A DNA stretch of 64,000 bases from Candidatus Marinacidobacterales bacterium (lineage in GTDB: Bacteria; Acidobacteriota; Vicinamibacteria; Marinacidobacterales; DATDRI01), in the NCBI GenBank assembly GCA_965197825.1, contig CBDANW010000002.1:1146551-1210550 (forward strand). The letters are read 5' to 3'. Every line of letters begins with the position of its first letter. Positions within the stretch are counted from its first letter, which is position 1. The position numbers and the translations under genes are program-made. This document shows positions 60,782 through 64,000 of the stretch, in pieces. Below the pieces are notes generated by a model. It did no database searches. It saw only the letters and a program-made list of their open reading frames with translations, and was not told the origin of the DNA.

Positions 60782-62072
60782 TGTGAATACTCTTAGGCAG
60801 CAAACTCATCGCTGTCAAGAGATTTCTGTTTGCTTCTAAGCGCGTGAACGAGAGCGCCCATATGGCGATAGCCTTTGATACGCCGGAACTTTTTCTGCGC
60901 GGTGACGACGCCAAGAGCGGTCCATCGGCGAACCATGGAAGGACTCTACCAACGCTTGACGTTTCTCGATACTCTGCGAATGGTTCCGTTGAGATTCTCA
61001 ATGGCGTTCGTCGTGGCAAGAGACTGGCGAAGTAAGGCGGGCAGCGCGAGCTTCACGACCGTGAGTGTCTCTTCCATCCCTTCACGAAGGCTTCCGGCAG
61101 CTTCGTCGTAGCCGTTTCGCTCGAGCCACGACACCAATGCCTGAAGTCGCCTTGCGCGCCTTGTCGGCACTCTTGCACTTGTAGGCTTCCTTCATCGTCT
61201 GGAGCACGTAGGCGTGACGAGACTTGGGAAGATACGAGCGAAGATTCCGGAGTTTATGGATCTGGCACCTTTGGATGACCGCGAGGTCCCCCAAAACGTC
61301 GACGAGTGCCTTGCGGATGCCTTTGCCTCCGTCCACTACGCAGAGAATCGACTCATCGACGCGCAAGCCTCGCTCGAGAAGGTCCTGCAACATCGCGGTG
61401 CACACCCGAGAGTTCTCCGTCGAGCCCAGCCATATACCCAGGGGCACCTTCGTTCCATCTATTGTGATACCGAGAGTTACGACGACGGTCTGTCCGGCCA
61501 CCTCAAGGCCATCCAGCATCAGTGCCGCAAGCTCGAACTCCTCTAGCCGCCGAGACAGGTATTCCTCGAGCTTCTTAGTCGTCTGGCTCACGAGGTGACG
61601 GCTGGCGGCACTCTTACTCGTGCCACGAGACTTCAACTTGGCCGCGGGTTTGTCCAGACTCGATTCGTAATTTCGGGTCGATACCCCCACCAAGATCTGA
61701 TTCAACACTCGCTCTGGAAGCGGGTCTTCTTCGCGGAAGGCTTCGAAGTGTGGAAGCGACGCCTCCTCGCCCGACTTCGAGCGAACTCGAGGTCGCGACA
61801 CTTGGATGCGACGACCACCGAAGCTCAGCTCTCCGTCCGTCAGATCCGCCTTCGTGGCCGCGATCCCAGCTATCATCGGTAGCAGTATCTGACCGACTTG
61901 GCCAACTACCTTGCCCGTAGGCGAGTGCGTTTGCTTTCTTACTGGCTTCTTCGATTTCCTAGGCATTGGTGGCTCCTTGTCCCCCTCTGGAGACGGTTTA
62001 TTGGCAGACCTATTCTTAGGCCGGCCAAGGAGCCGCCGCTACCCCAAATTCAACATCCGGCGGGACATCCCC
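60782..62072 (-). mobile_element. IS256-family insertion sequence, copy B (1291 bp; 123-bp internal deletion relative to copy A)
   Basis: Co-linear with 10521-11934. The transposase is split into 61082-61966 and 60946-61170, with a 41-codon in-frame deletion (ADLT/DGELSFGG) and a frameshift near the C-terminus. It shares with copy A the in-frame TAG after NVKRW. Confidence 0.8.
61082..61966 (-). pseudogene. IS256-family transposase (copy B), deleted and frameshifted
   Basis: Identical N-terminus and core to 10763-11827, minus 41 residues. The C-terminal part continues in another frame (60946-61170). Confidence 0.75.
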
Positions 62073-62224
62073 TTTGTTTCGGCCGCGACCGACACGGTGC
62101 GACTGCACTGGCTGGAGAAAGTGATACTGAATCTGGGAGTGATTGCAGGGATTCTGGGGATGGTGCGATTGATGGGGCTTCAGGAAGGAACCGTTCTGGA
62201 AAGGTTCAGAGGTCCTTCTCTACG

Positions 62225-62689
62225 TCATGCCACCTTGGGGTCAGAGTAGTCGGGCGCGTTCGCATCGACGAGCGCCCAGCTGACGCACCGCTCGGCATCA
62301 TCAAGCCAACTTGCCGCGCCTGGATCCTCAAGCAGTGGTACTCCAAGCTTGACCAGACAACAGGGCAAGCCCAACTCCTCCGGTAGCTCCGCCGCCAACC
62401 AGCGCACGCCCTTTGCTGCGCCCCCGACCGTCCACGCCGTCACGCAACGAACCATGACCCGGCGCTCGGCTCCCTCGATGAGCCAGCCCACCGCGCCAAT
62501 CCAGGTGTTCCTGATGCTTAGCAAGTATTCGGCGAATCCGGGCAACGGCACCGCATGGCCGCCAGTGGCGACCACGATGATGGACTGCAACGAAGCCAGC
62601 GTCTCGGGGAGAACATTCGAGCGTGGCGTCCGGGCCACGTGGCGCGTCGATAGGTAGTAGTGGTGCATCATCAACTCGCCGCCGCTCAT
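62225..62689 (-). CDS. Hypothetical protein
   Basis: 154-aa ORF (MSGGELMMHHYYLSTRHV...IVVATGGHAVPLPGFAEYL...) with coding-like composition. No family recognised. Possibly part of the disrupted glycan locus. Confidence 0.3.
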   Translation of the reverse strand: MSGGELMMHHYYLSTRHVARTPRSNVLPETLASLQSIIVVATGGHAVPLPGFAEYLLSIRNTWIGAVGWLIEGAERRVMVRCVTAWTVGGAAKGVRWLAAELPEELGLPCCLVKLGVPLLEDPGAASWLDDAERCVSWALVDANAPDYSDPKVA

Positions 62690-63010
62690 TTTGGGGCATC
62701 CGGTGCTTCTGCCATCAAGTGTTGGTACGCCGCTAGAGGCATTTGAATGCTAGTGTCAGTTGGCCGGCGTGGGCCGGCGAACGCCATCGCGTCTAATGAG
62801 GACATCGGCGTGCACACGAAGATGTCCCTGAACGTCAGGCACCGCGTGGTCAAAGCGATTGCGCTACAAGGACCTCATCGCGTAAGCCCGAAAGCAGGGA
62901 AGTCTTGACTTTTATGGAAACAGTGTGACATAGATTCACGCCTATAGTACGTGCTGGAGTTGAACCCAACTGAGATTTATCTCAGTCCTGGTTTAAGACT
63001 GGGGGCAACG

Positions 63011-63041
63011 GATTGATGGTCCGTTGCCCCCAGTCACGTTA
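63011..63041. other. Stable GC-rich hairpin (12-bp stem gggggcaacgga/tccgttgccccc, 8-nt loop)
   Basis: Perfect stem. No U-tract on either strand, so assignment as an intrinsic terminator is uncertain. Confidence 0.4.
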
Positions 63042-63396
63042 AATCGGGGTTTACTGAACCTAGCAGTCCGGAACCAATTCTCTTCATTGAGGCACCTTCC
63101 TTCCGTCAGGAGCAACCCCAGCGGGACTCATTCTAGCATTTCGGCCTATTCTACGCTAACCAAGTAGCTTTTCGAGGCTCTGCCAATTTCCCGCCTATTT
63201 CCCGTGCGGGTGTTGTATTCAGCGGGAAGGGTTGAACCCCAAGATGTAGTGGTCAGGGTCTAAAAACGCGGAACCACTATATGTAGAGGTGGGATGATTG
63301 GGGTGTCTTTGATAAGCTGCTCAAACGCAAGGGGTTACTAACATTGTCAATCAATCGTTATAAGTCCCATTTCAAAAGGGCCGAGTTTTGGCACAG

Positions 63397-63480
63397 GACG
63401 GGGAATTGGAAATCGGCGAACAGGGAATTGCTCGGGAATAACAGGGAATTGAGATGAACGAATAGGGGAATGTCAGAGCA
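63397..63480 (+). repeat. Three to four direct about 21-bp repeats sharing a gggaattg core (iteron-like)
   Basis: ggggaattggaaatcggcgaaca / gggaattgctcgggaataaca / gggaattgagatgaacgaata / ggggaatgtcagagc. These sit immediately after the 63362-63398 inverted-repeat arm. Confidence 0.5.
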
Positions 63481-64000
63481 GCACGTGAGGAGTTCCATTC
63501 GAGCACACGAATGGTTTTCCGCCTCTCCGTTCAAAAGAGTTGTGCTCCGCAAAAAGTCGATCCGGCGTTGATTGCGCAGGTTAGACCTACCATAGTTGGC
63601 TGCTTCTGGCCGGTTTTCTTTTTTGCGGATCACAAGGGCCATGACGGGACAGCATCGACCCGACTGAGATATCGGCTTGGAACTCGTGGCGGACACCGCC
63701 ACGTCGATGATAGTCTTTCTCTGCGGCGAGCCGAAGGGAAACGATTTGCTTGAAACCGGCTCCACTCCTCCGGCTTCAACCAACCCTTGTCAGCACCGAA
63801 TGACTGAGATACAACGTGGTACTAACCGTGGGGTCAGGTCATTTGTGTGCCATGGCGGCATTCTTGCACACGTGAGCGTGGTTTGCCTATAGTGCTGTCG
63901 CGTGCTCCATACCGCGCTAGGAGGAAAACATCTAAATGAGCAAAGATAACTGGAGTGATCTTGCGTCGGCGCTCAACTCCAAGCTAAAACTGCAAGCCAC

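Noticed and set aside
60782-60800. Target-site duplications or terminal IRs for the 10521/60782 IS copies
   Set aside because: Flanks (gcatgccg/cggactcc and cggcacc/tttgtttc) show no direct repeat, and the ends show no inverted repeat by eye. Boundaries rest only on where the two copies diverge from their flanks.
63011-63041. Calling the GC hairpin a Rho-independent terminator
   Set aside because: No downstream U-tract on either strand, so it is kept only as a hairpin of unknown role.
62930-63045. Possible tRNA or tmRNA-like element near the GC hairpin
   Set aside because: No canonical T-loop (GTTCRAnYC) or acceptor or anticodon arrangement could be folded by eye. Only a simple hairpin is supported.

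Overview
High-GC (about 65%) bacterial chromosomal segment in which housekeeping operons sit among an unusually dense set of insertion sequences. Coordinates are read by hand and may be off by 1-2 bp.

Core genes, all called from strong protein similarity:
- uvrA
- a tandem HtrA/DegP pair, the downstream copy of which has lost its catalytic His and Ser
- rmuC
- a 2-oxoacid:ferredoxin oxidoreductase alpha/beta pair
- pdxS-pdxT preceded by a frameshifted MocR/PdxR-like regulator
- pal-like OmpA lipoprotein
- the pyrK-pyrD(1B)-pyrF operon plus a small glutaredoxin-like gene
- a PfkB kinase and a BtpA/SgcQ protein
- a P5C dehydrogenase
- HU
- a TolB-propeller/amidohydrolase protein
- a GT4 glycosyltransferase
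- a radical-SAM/SPASM protein

Mobile DNA covers roughly 20% of the window:
- two copies of an IS256-family element (about 10521-11934 and 60782-62072)
- two copies of a second IS256-family element (21156-22713 with an 8-bp TSD, and 58059-59458)
- a third IS256-family transposase (55376-56584)
- an IS30 element
- an IS630 element flanked by a TA duplication inside a kinase-like gene
- a complete IS66 (42704-45085, 8-bp TSD) and a truncated second IS66 copy
- a mosaic of rve-integrase/IS6-like fragments

Many neighbouring genes are remnants: a Fic fragment, two sigma-54 activator fragments, an HD-GYP fragment, a serS 3' fragment, frameshifted hicA, truncated vapC.

The most unusual content:
- a divergent MreB-like actin homologue with degenerate nucleotide-binding motifs, next to two unknown proteins
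- an ATP/ADP-translocase(TLC)-HEAT fusion translationally coupled to a double cNMP-binding protein
- a kinase-like pseudogene with novel 13-residue AAxxYxxxG repeats
- an (AEPEA)n minisatellite protein
- a (GAGAAG)n microsatellite expanded inside a transposase gene
- a 37-bp inverted-repeat pair 5.5 kb apart

No rRNA, convincing tRNA or CRISPR array was seen.
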